DNA of 64,000 bases, from the NCBI GenBank assembly GCA_018365375.1, contig JAGZKE010000007.1, forward strand, positions 10,755 through 74,754, in the 5' to 3' direction. This DNA is from Collinsella sp. (GTDB lineage: Bacteria > Actinomycetota > Coriobacteriia > Coriobacteriales > Coriobacteriaceae). The position numbers were made by a program, and so were the translations under genes. This document shows positions 17,927 through 27,832 of this stretch, one piece after another (position 1 is the stretch's first letter; the number at the start of each line of letters is the position of its first letter). A model generated the notes under the pieces. It was given only the letters and a program-made list of their open reading frames with translations, was not told the DNA's origin and made no database searches.

Positions 17927-19345
17927 ATGGCGTTCATCACTTCGTACCACGTCCCCGGCCTTTACGTCGAGGACCACAGCATCGACGTCCCCCTTGACTG
18001 GCGCGGCCTGGAGCCGATGCTCCTGGCCGTCGGCAGCACCATGCGCCGCGGCGCTATGCCGGCGCCCATCGCCGGCGCGCCCGAGAGCATCAAGCTCTTC
18101 TACCGTGTGGTTTGCGCGCCCGACCGCATCAACGACGATCTGCCACTGCTCCTGTTTTTGCAGGGCGGCCCCGGCGGCGAGAGCCCGCGTCCGCTGTCGC
18201 CCACAAGCGACGGCTGGATCGAGGAGGCCGTCAAGCACTTCCGCGTGGTCCTTCCCGACCAGCGCGGCACCGGACGCAGTAGCTGCGTGGACGGACGCAC
18301 GATCAAGGCACTGGGTGATCGCGCAACGGCCGCCGGCGCCGATACAGCACGCTCGCAGGCGGATTTCCTCAAGCGCCATCTTGCCAGCTCCATCGTGCGC
18401 GATTTTGAGTACCTGCGCCTGGTGGGCTTTGGCGGCAAGCCCTGGGTCACACTGGGGCAGAGCTACGGCGGCTTTTTGACGTTGAGCTATCTGTCGCTCT
18501 TCCCCGAGGGCGTGGCGGCAAGCTTTACCTGCGGCGGCATTCCGCACGTGCCGGCGAGCGCCAGCGAGGTCTACGCGCACACCTTCCCACGCATGGCAGC
18601 CAAGACGCAGCAGTATTACGACCGCTACCCCGCCGACGTCGAGCGCGTGGCGATCCTGGCAGATGCCCTCGAGGAGCAAAAGCCCGTGTTGCTCGACGGC
18701 TCGCCGATGACGGTCGAGCGCCTACAGCTCATGGGCAGCGACTTTGGCATGAAGCCGAGCTTTGAGCGCATGCATTGGATTATCGATCACGCGTTTGTTA
18801 CAGGCGACGGTACACTGAGCTGCGGCTTCTCGGTATCCGACAGCTTTTTGATGCGCGCCTTCGAGCGTACCAACACGCGCACGAATCCGCTGTACTGGAC
18901 GCTGCAGGAGTTCATATACGCCGACGGTGACACTATGCCCATTGGCTGGGCCGCAGCTGAAGAGAAGGCACACCGCGCCGAGTTCGACACCCTCGCGCGC
19001 CCGCTCATGTTTACCGGCGAGGCCATGTTCCCGTGGATGTTCGAGCAGATGCCCGAGCTCAAGCCCTTCAAGCCCGCCATGGACCTGCTGATGGAAGACA
19101 CCAGCTGGGACAAGATCTATGACCCGCAGCGCCTGGCCTGCAACGAGGTGCCGCTCCAGGCCGCGGTGTACTTCGATGACATGTACGTCGATTCGAGTCT
19201 GCAGCTCGACACGCTCAGCCGCGTGGGCAACTCGCACGCCTGGGTAACCAACGAGTTCGAGCACGACGGCCTGCACGGCAGTGTGGTATTCAAGCACCTC
19301 TTCGACGAGGCCCTCAACCGCGGAGACCTGCGCCGAATCTTCTAG
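17927..19345 (+). CDS. Proline iminopeptidase-like alpha/beta hydrolase
   Basis: 'LQGGPG', 'DQRGTGRS', nucleophile 'GQSYGG', 'DDMYVD', 'NEFEHDGL'. Confidence 0.88.
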   Translation: MAFITSYHVPGLYVEDHSIDVPLDWRGLEPMLLAVGSTMRRGAMPAPIAGAPESIKLFYRVVCAPDRINDDLPLLLFLQGGPGGESPRPLSPTSDGWIEEAVKHFRVVLPDQRGTGRSSCVDGRTIKALGDRATAAGADTARSQADFLKRHLASSIVRDFEYLRLVGFGGKPWVTLGQSYGGFLTLSYLSLFPEGVAASFTCGGIPHVPASASEVYAHTFPRMAAKTQQYYDRYPADVERVAILADALEEQKPVLLDGSPMTVERLQLMGSDFGMKPSFERMHWIIDHAFVTGDGTLSCGFSVSDSFLMRAFERTNTRTNPLYWTLQEFIYADGDTMPIGWAAAEEKAHRAEFDTLARPLMFTGEAMFPWMFEQMPELKPFKPAMDLLMEDTSWDKIYDPQRLACNEVPLQAAVYFDDMYVDSSLQLDTLSRVGNSHAWVTNEFEHDGLHGSVVFKHLFDEALNRGDLRRIF

Positions 19346-19396
19346 CAAAGGAGTGTCCCCACCTGCCGGCACAATAGAAACGTCCCCAAGTGCCGG
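19346..19396. repeat. GGGAC-loop palindrome, family D
   Basis: aaggagtgtcccc...gccggcac...acgtccccaagtgccgg; matches 32230 and 54610. Confidence 0.8.
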
Positions 19397-19406
19397 ATGA
19401 TGTCCT

Positions 19407-19570
19407 TCGCCACGAAAGCGGCCCATCTACTACGTTTCACCCGCATGGCCCAACCAGATGCCATAAATAAAGAAAACCGCAGGCGTTCTACCTGCGGTTT
19501 TCTTTTTGCAATTCTTGGCATGGTCACCGATAGCCTATTAAACGTAGTAGATGGGCCGTTTTCGTGGCGA
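19407..19570. repeat. Long inverted-repeat element with central ACCTGCGGTTTT palindrome
   Basis: 31-bp arms with 1 mismatch; centre aaaaccgcagg-cgttcta-cctgcggtttt. Confidence 0.9.
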
Positions 19571-19659
19571 CCAGCTCGGACATAAGCGCGGCGGGGCAAA
19601 GTTACCCTGGTAATTTCGCCCCACGTGCATTGCAGATCGAAGGCGCCCGGCGTCGAGGC

Positions 19660-20787
19660 CTAAGCAAATACAATCAAGTTGTCTCGATGGATCGCCGGCT
19701 TCTCGGCTAGGTCTGCCAGTAGACGGTTGCTGGCGATCTGGTCCTGGCGGCGGCCGGCGGCAAGCTCCAGCACGTCCGAATCGGCCTCGGCGATACCACG
19801 GGCGACAACCATGCCACTCGGGTCGCACACGTCGAGCACATCGCCCTCGGCAAACTGGCCATCGACCTCGCGAATACCCACCGCGAGCAGCGACGAACCG
19901 CGGCTGACCAGCGCCTTCGCGGCGCCGTCATCGACCGTCACCGAGCCGTGCGCCTTGTCGCCCAGTGCAATCCACAGCTTGCGCGGCGCAATGTCCAGGC
20001 GCTCCGCCGGCGGATCGAACAGCGTACCCACGCTCTCGCCGCGGGCCAGACGCACGAGCGCATCGGGCTCCTCGCCCGAGCAAATCACGCTCTGAATGCC
20101 CGCCGTCATGAGAATGCGGCTCGCGCGGATCTTGGTGATCATGCCGCCCGTGCCCACCGATGTGGAAGAATCGCCCGCCGAGGCGATGATCTTGGCGTCG
20201 ATCTTATGCACGACCGGGACGAACTCGGCCGTGGGATCCTCGTGCGGATTGGCGGTGTAGAGGCCATCGATGTCCGAGAGCGTCACGCACAGATCGGCAG
20301 AAACCAGGCAGCTCACAAGCGCCGCCAGCGTGTCGTTGTCGCCAAACTTGATCTCATCGACGGTGACGGTATCGTTCTCGTTGACGACCGGCACCACGCC
20401 GAGCTCCACCAGGCGAAGCAGGGCGTCGCGCGCGTGCAGGTAGGACGTGCGGCGCGCCGTGTCGTGACGCGTGAGCAGCACGAGCGAGGTGAGCAGGTCG
20501 CGCGCATGGAACTCCTCGTCGTAGGCCGACGAGATGATGCACTGACCGGCCGAGGCGCAGGCCTGCAGGCTCGGCAGGTCGCCGACCGGCTTACGGTCGA
20601 AGCCCAGCACGGGATAGCCGCAGGCAATGGCACCCGAGCTCACCACGATCAGGCGCCAGCCAAGCTCGCGCAGCGCTGCGGCCTGGTCGGCAAGCCCGCC
20701 GATAAAGGCGCGGTTGACCTTGCCGTCGGCGCCCACCACCGTGGACGAACCGATCTTTACCACCATCGTTTTATAAGAAGTCGTCAT
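19660..20787 (-). CDS. proB: Glutamate 5-kinase
   Basis: 'VVKIGSS', 'VSSGAI', 'NENDTV', 'FGDNDTL', 'GTGGMITK', C-terminal PUA domain. Confidence 0.97.
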   Translation of the reverse strand: MTTSYKTMVVKIGSSTVVGADGKVNRAFIGGLADQAAALRELGWRLIVVSSGAIACGYPVLGFDRKPVGDLPSLQACASAGQCIISSAYDEEFHARDLLTSLVLLTRHDTARRTSYLHARDALLRLVELGVVPVVNENDTVTVDEIKFGDNDTLAALVSCLVSADLCVTLSDIDGLYTANPHEDPTAEFVPVVHKIDAKIIASAGDSSTSVGTGGMITKIRASRILMTAGIQSVICSGEEPDALVRLARGESVGTLFDPPAERLDIAPRKLWIALGDKAHGSVTVDDGAAKALVSRGSSLLAVGIREVDGQFAEGDVLDVCDPSGMVVARGIAEADSDVLELAAGRRQDQIASNRLLADLAEKPAIHRDNLIVFA

Positions 20788-20858
20788 ACGTCAAACCAAT
20801 CGAATGTCGAGCGTTCGGGCGAGCTGGGGCAGTCGGGGCGCCTAGTGCGGAACGGACG

Positions 20859-20897
20859 AAAATGATCCGTTTTCCTCCGTCCCCTTCGGATCATTTT
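20859..20897 (-). repeat. GGGAC-loop palindrome, family F, containing the pncB stop codon
   Basis: Reverse complement AAAATGATCCG-AAGGGGACGGAGGAAAA-CGGATCATTTT. Confidence 0.75.
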
Positions 20898-22396
20898 GCC
20901 CAGGGGAAGGCCGAAGCCGCGGCCATGTTCTTACGCACGAGCTCGTCGCGCACCTGAGCCAGGCCCTGCTCCATACCCACCACATAGGTCTGCGGGTACA
21001 GGAAGCGCTTGAAAGCTGCGTCCAGATGGTCGAGCGCCCAAGCACAGCGCTCGCGCGCGTCCTGGATGCTCTCACGCGGAGCCACCGCACTGCCATCGCG
21101 CACGATCGGCACCAGCAGCTCGCGATACTCGAGTTCGGACACGTCGGTCACCAGGGCGGCATCGTTCACGGCCACAAGGGTATTGCCGCGCGCGGCGCCC
21201 TCCCCCGCCAGATGGTCCTCGTCGTAGATCATGTCGCAGACCGGGCCGCCAAAGCCGTCGTAATAACGGCGCACGCGTTGCACACCCGGGATCGTGCGCT
21301 TGTATGGCTGCTCAGAGAGCTTGACCACCGGCGTCCACGGGTCCGTCTCGCTCGCGCGGCGGGCCGAAAGCTTGTACACGCCGCCCAGCGCCGGCTGATC
21401 GTAGCAGGTCGCGAGCTTGGTGCCCACGCCAAAGCTATCGATGGGCGCACCCTGGTCGAGCAGCGACTGGATCGTGTACTCGTCCAGGTCGTTGGAGACC
21501 GAAATCCCCACATAGGGCAGGCCCTCAGCATCAAAACGGCCGCGGACATACTTGGACAGCTTGGCGAGGTCGCCCGAGTCGATGCGAATAGCCGACAGGC
21601 GCTCGCCCACCGCCTCCATCTCCTTGGCAACCGTAATGGCATGCTCGCAGCCCTCGCGTACATCGTAGGTGTCGATGAGCAGCGTACAGTTCTTGGGGCT
21701 CGACTTGGCAAATGCGCGGAAGGCCTCGAGCTCGGAATCGAAGCTCATCACCCAGCTGTGCGCATGCGTGCCAAAGACGGGAATACCGTAGCGGCGGCCG
21801 GCGAGCACATTGGACGTAGAGGAGCAGCCGGCAACGTAGCTCGCGCGTGCAACGGCCAGGCCGCCATCGGGACCCTGGGCTCGGCGCAGGCCAAACTCCG
21901 CCACGGGGCGACCGTCGGCGGCGAGCACCACGCGCGCCGTCTTGGTGGCGACAAGCGTCTGGAACCCGACGATGTTGAGCAGCGCCGTCTCGAGCAACTG
22001 GCACTCCAGCGCGGGGCCGGTGACGCGCACCATGGGCTCGCGCGGAAAGACGAGCTCGCCCTCGGGCACGGCGTCGATGTTTACATGCGCACGAAAATCG
22101 CGCAGGTAGTCGAGGAATCCAGGCTTGAACATCGCGCCGCCGGCAGGGGCCTGGAGCGAGGCGAGGTAGTCGATGTCCTCGGGCGTAAAGCGCAGATTCT
22201 CGACCAGCTCGGGCAGTTCGGCGGTGCCGCACATGACGGCATAGGCGCTGCCAAAGGGATGGTCGCGGTAAAACGCGGTAAAACAACCCTGCTCATTGGC
22301 CTTGCCGCTCTCCCACAGGCCCTGGGCCATAGTGAGCTCGTACAGATCGGTGAGCATTGCAATGTCGGTGGGATGCGAGATGTCGGTCAAAGCCAT
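20891..22396 (-). CDS. pncB: Nicotinate phosphoribosyltransferase
   Basis: 'LTDLYELTM', 'EFGLRRAQG', 'GTHAHSWV', 'IRIDSGDL', 'FGVGTKL'. Confidence 0.95.
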   Translation of the reverse strand: MALTDISHPTDIAMLTDLYELTMAQGLWESGKANEQGCFTAFYRDHPFGSAYAVMCGTAELPELVENLRFTPEDIDYLASLQAPAGGAMFKPGFLDYLRDFRAHVNIDAVPEGELVFPREPMVRVTGPALECQLLETALLNIVGFQTLVATKTARVVLAADGRPVAEFGLRRAQGPDGGLAVARASYVAGCSSTSNVLAGRRYGIPVFGTHAHSWVMSFDSELEAFRAFAKSSPKNCTLLIDTYDVREGCEHAITVAKEMEAVGERLSAIRIDSGDLAKLSKYVRGRFDAEGLPYVGISVSNDLDEYTIQSLLDQGAPIDSFGVGTKLATCYDQPALGGVYKLSARRASETDPWTPVVKLSEQPYKRTIPGVQRVRRYYDGFGGPVCDMIYDEDHLAGEGAARGNTLVAVNDAALVTDVSELEYRELLVPIVRDGSAVAPRESIQDARERCAWALDHLDAAFKRFLYPQTYVVGMEQGLAQVRDELVRKNMAAASAFPWAK

Positions 22397-22480
22397 GGGG
22401 CGACCTTTCGGATGTGTGGTACAGAATTTGAGGGTTAGACGAGAGCAGAGGATGCGGACATGACGCCCGATGCAAATCGG

Positions 22481-22939
22481 TTAGAGCAGGCCCATGCTGG
22501 TCAGGATCGTGTAGCCCATAAAGATGACAAACGCGATGAGGGCAAGGACAATGATGATTTTTTGAGCCGGCGCCATGCCAGGGATCTCGTTCTCGCCCGT
22601 AGGCTCCTTGGAGGTAACCATGCGCTGGGCAAAGGTCATCTCGTCACGGCTCGGCTTGGGCTCGACGGACTTGGGACGAGCGGCCTTTTTAGGCTGAGGT
22701 TTGGGCGCGGCAGGTGCAGGCTTCGCGGCAGCGAGCTTGGGTGCGGGCGCAGGCGCCGGTACGGCTGCGCCCTTCGCAGCAGCCTCCTCGGCCTTCGCAC
22801 GCTCGGCATGCAGGGCGGCCAGCTCCTCACGCTCGCGGCGTGCCTCTTCCTGGGCCTCGCGACGAGCTTTCTCGGCGCGGAGCTCTTCCAACTCGGCGCG
22901 TTCCTCGGCAGACAGTGGTTGGGACTCAAGCTCGGCCAT
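22481..22939 (-). CDS. Hypothetical coiled-coil protein with C-terminal TM anchor
   Basis: Charged helical N-terminus, Pro/Ala linker, hydrophobic C-terminus. Confidence 0.7.
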   Translation of the reverse strand: MAELESQPLSAEERAELEELRAEKARREAQEEARREREELAALHAERAKAEEAAAKGAAVPAPAPAPKLAAAKPAPAAPKPQPKKAARPKSVEPKPSRDEMTFAQRMVTSKEPTGENEIPGMAPAQKIIIVLALIAFVIFMGYTILTSMGLL

Positions 22940-23003
22940 GGTACAGCCCTTTCTTTTAAAAAAAGCCGCCGACACAATGTCAGCGGCTTATCAAATCCAA
23001 GGG

Positions 23004-23076
23004 TGGAGACGAAGGGAGTCGAACCCTCGGCCTCTGCCATGCGACGGCAGCGCTCTCCCAACTGAGCTACGTCCCC
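23004..23076 (-). tRNA. tRNA-Ala(CGC)
   Basis: GGGGACGTAGCTCAGTTGGGAGAGCGCTGCCGTCGCATGGCAG...GGTTCGACTCCCTTCGTCTCCA; G3:U70 pair. Confidence 0.95.
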
Positions 23077-23129
23077 AGGACAAGTTGATATTTTACCTAC
23101 GGCTCGCCAACTGTCAACGCCCAATACCC

Positions 23130-23219
23130 AGTCTTTTTGGGACGGGGCTGTTTTGACTACTTTTCAAACGTCCGAGCCACCCCGATGATTTTTCTGGGAC
23201 GGGGATTAAAAATCATCGG
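23130..23219 (+). repeat. GGGAC-loop palindromes, family C (two units)
   Basis: agtctttttgggacggggctgttttgact and ccgatgatttttctgggacggggattaaaaatcatcgg; the same pair is inverted at 35827-35916. Confidence 0.85.
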
Positions 23220-23227
23220 CGAACGCG

Positions 23228-24166
23228 CTACTTTGCGCTGGTGAGGACGCCGGTGGTGTCGAACGCCGGGGTAAAGCTCTCGTCTACCGCTCCGCCTTCT
23301 TGCCAGAACATCGTCGTAAAGCCCAGATCGTCGGCATGATCAAGCACCTGCTCGTACTCCTCGCGCGTCACGGCGCGCGCCAGCTCGCCGCCCTGCTCGC
23401 GTATGAGCGCATTGGGCGTGTACTGGTTCATGACAGAAATCGGCACGTCGCCCACCGTCTGCCACACCAGGTCCAGCACGCGGCACGAATCGTCCGCATG
23501 CCCCGGCAGCACTAGGTGACGCACGATGATGCCGCGCTTCATGAGCCCGCCCTCGTCCACTAGCTCTCCCCCACGGCGCTCGATCTCGCGCGCCATCTGC
23601 GCCAGGCCCGACACGGCCACGCGTGGGTAATCCTTAATATGAGAGAGCGACTGCGCAAGCTCGGCATCGGCATATTTAAAGTCGGTAAGCCACACGTCGA
23701 CCAGATCGCCGAGCGCAGCCACGGCACTCGCCCGCTCATAGCCACTCGTGTTGTAGACGATCGGGATGTCCAGCCCGCGCACCCGCGCTGCGGCAATCGC
23801 GGCCGGCAGCAGGTGAGCGTAATGCGTCGCCGTCACCAGGTTGATGTTGTTGGCACCCTGGTCCTGCAGCTCCAGCATAATCTCGACCAGGCGCTCTGGC
23901 GAAATCTCAAGCCCGAAATTGCCCGTCGAGATCTCGTGGTTCTGGCAATAGATACATTTGAGCGAGCAGCCGCTAAAGAAGATCGTGCCCGAACCGGTCT
24001 CGCCCGAGATAGGCGGCTCCTCCCACATATGGAGCGCCGCGCGGGCCACCTTGAGCGTGTCATCGGCACCGCATACGCCGTGCGCACCCTCGTCGCGCAC
24101 CGCACCGCAACGGCGCGGACACAAATGGCAGGCGGGCGAAAAAAGTTCGGTCAACGGCGTCGGCAT
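23228..24166 (-). CDS. Radical SAM protein (PflX-like)
   Basis: 'CHLCPRRC', 'WEEPPISG..GSGTIFFSGCSLKCIYCQN', 'IVRHLVLPG'. Confidence 0.9.
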   Translation of the reverse strand: MPTPLTELFSPACHLCPRRCGAVRDEGAHGVCGADDTLKVARAALHMWEEPPISGETGSGTIFFSGCSLKCIYCQNHEISTGNFGLEISPERLVEIMLELQDQGANNINLVTATHYAHLLPAAIAAARVRGLDIPIVYNTSGYERASAVAALGDLVDVWLTDFKYADAELAQSLSHIKDYPRVAVSGLAQMAREIERRGGELVDEGGLMKRGIIVRHLVLPGHADDSCRVLDLVWQTVGDVPISVMNQYTPNALIREQGGELARAVTREEYEQVLDHADDLGFTTMFWQEGGAVDESFTPAFDTTGVLTSAK

Positions 24167-24317
24167 AAAAACATGCTCCAAAACAACGATTCAGCAGCTC
24201 AAACGTAAAGGGACCAACCGCACAGACGGCTCGAGCCCAAGGCGCCGTAATCGTGCGACACGATTTTTGTAATGTCAAGACTGGAATCGATAAAGTGCCG
24301 CTTTATGATGTAGGTAT

Positions 24318-24478
24318 TCCGCCCCCCGCGGAGCAACTGGGTGAACCGTCGCGTTTATTTAGGGAGCCCACACAGTCGTACCTAGTACAGGTATCCTTCG
24401 TTGTTAAGGACGCTGGAACAGTCGATGAGGGCACCCACCTGTTTTAGGTGGGTTCATTTTCGTAACGTGGGGGGTGGT
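24318..24478 (+). ncRNA. ssrS: 6S RNA (probable)
   Basis: Closing stem ccgccccccgcg/cgtggggggtgg; internal 'gggagccca' and 'ggcacccacctg..aggtgggttc' blocks recalled from 6S RNAs; -10 TATGAT at 24304; T-tail. Confidence 0.75.
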
Positions 24479-24690
24479 TTTTATTTGCCGAAAACCACCA
24501 TTACAGCCCATATGGATCCCCGCCGGTATCCCGACAATCCATCGACAACATCCCAATATCTGGTAAGCGCGTGATTATCGCTGCGTGCAATTCCATGCAC
24601 CCCCCTTGGTCGAGTATCATGGTTCGGCTATGCCCTTTGCGCTTAGCAACCTTTGACCTTTTCCTTCGACGCTTGGCGGTTTTTAGATTC

Positions 24691-25890
24691 ATGGCTTCAT
24701 CCCCGAGCTACATACCGTATCTATGCGTGGCAGCGGCGGCCTTTATCACGACCTTCCTCACGGTGCCCCTGGTCAAGCGCTTGGCAATTAAGCTCGACGC
24801 CGTCGACTATCCTTCTAAGCGCCGCATCAACACCAAGCCCATCCCGCGTTTGGGCGGAACGGCGGTGTTTTTGGGCCTGGTCGTTGCCTGTATTGTGCAA
24901 ATCCTAGGCACCTGGCACCTAGGCTGGCCGCCCGTCCTGGTGCCGCACCCGCGCCTTCACATTAGCTATCCCATGCTGGCGCTCTCCTTTACCGTCATCT
25001 TTGCGACCGGCGCTATCGACGACGTCTTCCAGCTCAAGCCCAAGCAAAAGCTAGCCGGACAGGTCCTCGCCGCGCTTATCGCCTGTATCGGCGGCCTGCG
25101 GATCGGCGTCATCGTCAACCCGTTTGCCCCCGGCGAGATTATGCTCGGATGGCTCGCCTACCCCATCACCGTGATCTATCTGGTGGCATTCACCAACATC
25201 ATTAACCTCATCGACGGCCTCGACGGCTTGGCCACGGGCATCTGCGGCATCGCGTCGTTCACCATGTTTTCGATGGCCGTTCTCTCGGGCCGCATCGACG
25301 CCGCCGCGCTCTCCATTGCGCTCTTTGGCGCTTGCCTGGCCTTTTTGCGCTACAACTTCAACCCCGCAAGCATCTTCTTGGGCGACTCGGGGTCGTTGCT
25401 TCTGGGCTTTGCACTGGGCTCCATCTCGCTGCTCAACGTGAGCCGCACCGCCGCGCTCACCTCGCTTATCATCCCGCTCATCGTTGCCGGCGTGCCCATC
25501 ATCGACACGTTTAGCGCCATCGTGCGCCGCAAGCGCGCCCACATTAGCATCGGGCAGGCCGACAAGGGCCACATCCACCACCGCCTGATCCAAGAGGGCT
25601 ACAACCAAAAGCAGGCAGCGCTCCTCATCTACGCCTGGTGCATCATGCTTTCGGCCGGCGCCGCCGCGATTAACCAGGTCGAGGCGCCCATGCGCGTGCT
25701 CATCTTTACCGTACTCGCCATTGGCTCGGCGGCCTTTGCCAAGCACCTGCACCTGTTTGAGCCCGTGCTGCGCCACCATTACAACAAGCGCACGCACGAG
25801 GACGAGCTGGTAACCCCCGACGATCCCGCCTTTAAGCAGGAGGAGCAGGCAGCCGAGGAACGTAAAGAAGAGCGCCACCGCAAGCTCTAG
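24691..25890 (+). CDS. Undecaprenyl-phosphate GlcNAc-1-phosphate transferase (MraY/WecA/TagO family)
   Basis: 'PIPRLGG', 'GAIDD', 'NLIDGLDGL', 'NFNPASIFLGDSGS', 'DKGHIHHRL'. Confidence 0.93.
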   Translation: MASSPSYIPYLCVAAAAFITTFLTVPLVKRLAIKLDAVDYPSKRRINTKPIPRLGGTAVFLGLVVACIVQILGTWHLGWPPVLVPHPRLHISYPMLALSFTVIFATGAIDDVFQLKPKQKLAGQVLAALIACIGGLRIGVIVNPFAPGEIMLGWLAYPITVIYLVAFTNIINLIDGLDGLATGICGIASFTMFSMAVLSGRIDAAALSIALFGACLAFLRYNFNPASIFLGDSGSLLLGFALGSISLLNVSRTAALTSLIIPLIVAGVPIIDTFSAIVRRKRAHISIGQADKGHIHHRLIQEGYNQKQAALLIYAWCIMLSAGAAAINQVEAPMRVLIFTVLAIGSAAFAKHLHLFEPVLRHHYNKRTHEDELVTPDDPAFKQEEQAAEERKEERHRKL

Positions 25891-26049
25891 GATAAGCTTT
25901 CGAGCATGTGCCCCGGTGCCGCTGGCCATGCGCAGCCACGCCGCACCCATTGCACATACCGCCCCTCTCCCGCCCCTCGCCTACTTACGCCCCGCCCCTC
26001 CAATAAACGCGTTATCATCTTGACCCATGAACATACGTTAGGAGCAATC

Positions 26050-27099
26050 ATGCCAAACGAGAACAGCTACGAAGTCGCGCTGCAAAAGAGCAACGCCATT
26101 CGCGATGGCCTGGCCAAGACACCCGAGAAGTTCACCATGCTTACCGGTGACCGCCCCACCGGACGCCTGCACCTGGGCCACTACTTCGGCACCCTCAAGG
26201 GCCGCGTGGAGCTGCAGAACATGGGCGCCAAGACCAACGTGCTCATCGCCGACTACCAGGTCATCACCGACCGCGACACCACCGAGCACATCCAGGACAA
26301 CGTGTACAACATGGTCATGGACTACCTTGCCTGCGGCATCGACCCCGACAAGACTATGATCTACGCGCACTCCGCCGTGCCCGCCGCCAACCAGCTCATG
26401 CTGCCGTTCCTGTCGCTGGTCTCCGAGGCCGAGCTGGCGCGCAACCCCACCGTCAAGGCCGAGATGGAGGCCTCGGGCCACGAGCTCACCGGCCTTCTGC
26501 TCACCTACCCGGTGCACCAGGCTTGCGACATCTTGTTCTGCAAGGGCAATGTGGTGCCCGTCGGTCGCGACCAGCTACCGCACATCGAGCTCACCCGCAC
26601 CATCGCCCGCCGCTTTAACAACCGCTACGGCAAGGTGTTCCCCGAGGTCGACGCGCTGCTTTCCGAGACCCCGCTGCTGCCCGGCCTAGACGGTCGCAAG
26701 ATGAGTAAGAGCTACGGCAACGCCATCAACATCTCGATGACCGCCGAGGAGACGGCCAAGCGCATCAAGAAGAGCCAGACCGATTCCGAGCGCATGATCA
26801 CGTTCGATCCCGAGAACCGCCCCGGCGTGTCTGGCCTGCTTTCGACGGCCGCCATCTGCACCGGCCGCTCCGAGGTCGAGATTGCCGAGGAGATTGGCAT
26901 GGGCGGCTCCGGCCAGCTCAAGAAGTACGTGACCGAGGCCGTCAACGAGTACTTCGCGCCGATCCGCGAGCGTCGCCAGCGCTACGAGAACGATCTGGAC
27001 TATGTGAAAGACGTGCTGCACGAGGGCAACCGTCGCGCCAACGAGATCGCCGAGCAGACCTTGGCCGAGGTTCAGGACGCCATGGGCATGGTGTACTAG
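26050..27099 (+). CDS. trpS: Tryptophan--tRNA ligase
   Basis: 'TGDRPTGRLHLGH', 'VPVGRDQLPHIE', 'KMSKS'. Confidence 0.97.
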   Translation: MPNENSYEVALQKSNAIRDGLAKTPEKFTMLTGDRPTGRLHLGHYFGTLKGRVELQNMGAKTNVLIADYQVITDRDTTEHIQDNVYNMVMDYLACGIDPDKTMIYAHSAVPAANQLMLPFLSLVSEAELARNPTVKAEMEASGHELTGLLLTYPVHQACDILFCKGNVVPVGRDQLPHIELTRTIARRFNNRYGKVFPEVDALLSETPLLPGLDGRKMSKSYGNAINISMTAEETAKRIKKSQTDSERMITFDPENRPGVSGLLSTAAICTGRSEVEIAEEIGMGGSGQLKKYVTEAVNEYFAPIRERRQRYENDLDYVKDVLHEGNRRANEIAEQTLAEVQDAMGMVY

Positions 27100-27381
27100 G
27101 AAAAGCGCATTCGCACAACATAAACGGTGGGGTTAAATCCTCCCCCGAAACAGGAACAGGCCCGCTGGCAGCTAGTTGCCAGCGGGCCTGTTCCCGAAGT
27201 ACACCGTTGAATCGCACAGAGGGGAGGAATGCGAATCAAACTCAACAGGGCAGGCTTTTTCATCGCCTATCGCCTGCTCCGTTGCTGAAAACAATATAGT
27301 TCACCGTGGTTTACTTTGTAGCGTCAACCTACGCCGCCACACCTTCTCCATAAGTTAGCCCCGGTAAACCTTCACAGACCT

Positions 27382-27420
27382 AAACCACTACAGGGGGGCA
27401 GGCACCTTTGTGGTGGTTTT
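27382..27420 (+). repeat. GGGAC-loop palindrome, family B (degenerate)
   Basis: aaaccactacaggggggcaggcacctttgtggtggttt. Confidence 0.85.
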
Positions 27421-27433
27421 GACGATCCGGCCG

Positions 27434-27754
27434 CTAAAGCCCCGCCGGCCAGCGGCAAGAAGCAAGGTCGACGTGCATGGGATCGGCAAACACCACGCCC
27501 TTCCCCAGCAGAAGTTCACGTTGAGCATCGGGGCCGCCAAACGCAAAGCCCTCGCAAATGCGGCCATCGGCAAATACCACGCGATGGCAGGGAATCTGTC
27601 CGGGGCGTGGATTGCTGTGCAGCGCATAGCCCACGTAGCGCGCACTGCGCGGACGGCCGGCGAGCAGCGCCACCTGGCCGTACGTGGCGACCATCCCCTC
27701 AGGGATCTGCTCGACCACCTCGTACACCTGCTCAAAAAAGCCTTCGGATGCCAT
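27434..27754 (-). CDS. MGMT/Atl family O6-alkylguanine DNA-binding protein
   Basis: 'IPEGMVATYGQVA', 'ARYVG', 'IPCHRVV'. Confidence 0.92.
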   Translation of the reverse strand: MASEGFFEQVYEVVEQIPEGMVATYGQVALLAGRPRSARYVGYALHSNPRPGQIPCHRVVFADGRICEGFAFGGPDAQRELLLGKGVVFADPMHVDLASCRWPAGL

Positions 27755-27783
27755 CGTGCGCTCCTTTCCTCGCGGAAAAGCAT

Positions 27784-27822
27784 AAACCACCACAAAGGTG
27801 TCTGTCCCCTTTGTGGTGGTTT
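27784..27822 (-). repeat. GGGAC-loop palindrome, family B
   Basis: aaaccaccacaaaggtgtctgtcccctttgtggtggttt. Confidence 0.9.
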
Positions 27823-27832
27823 TAGCAGGCGA

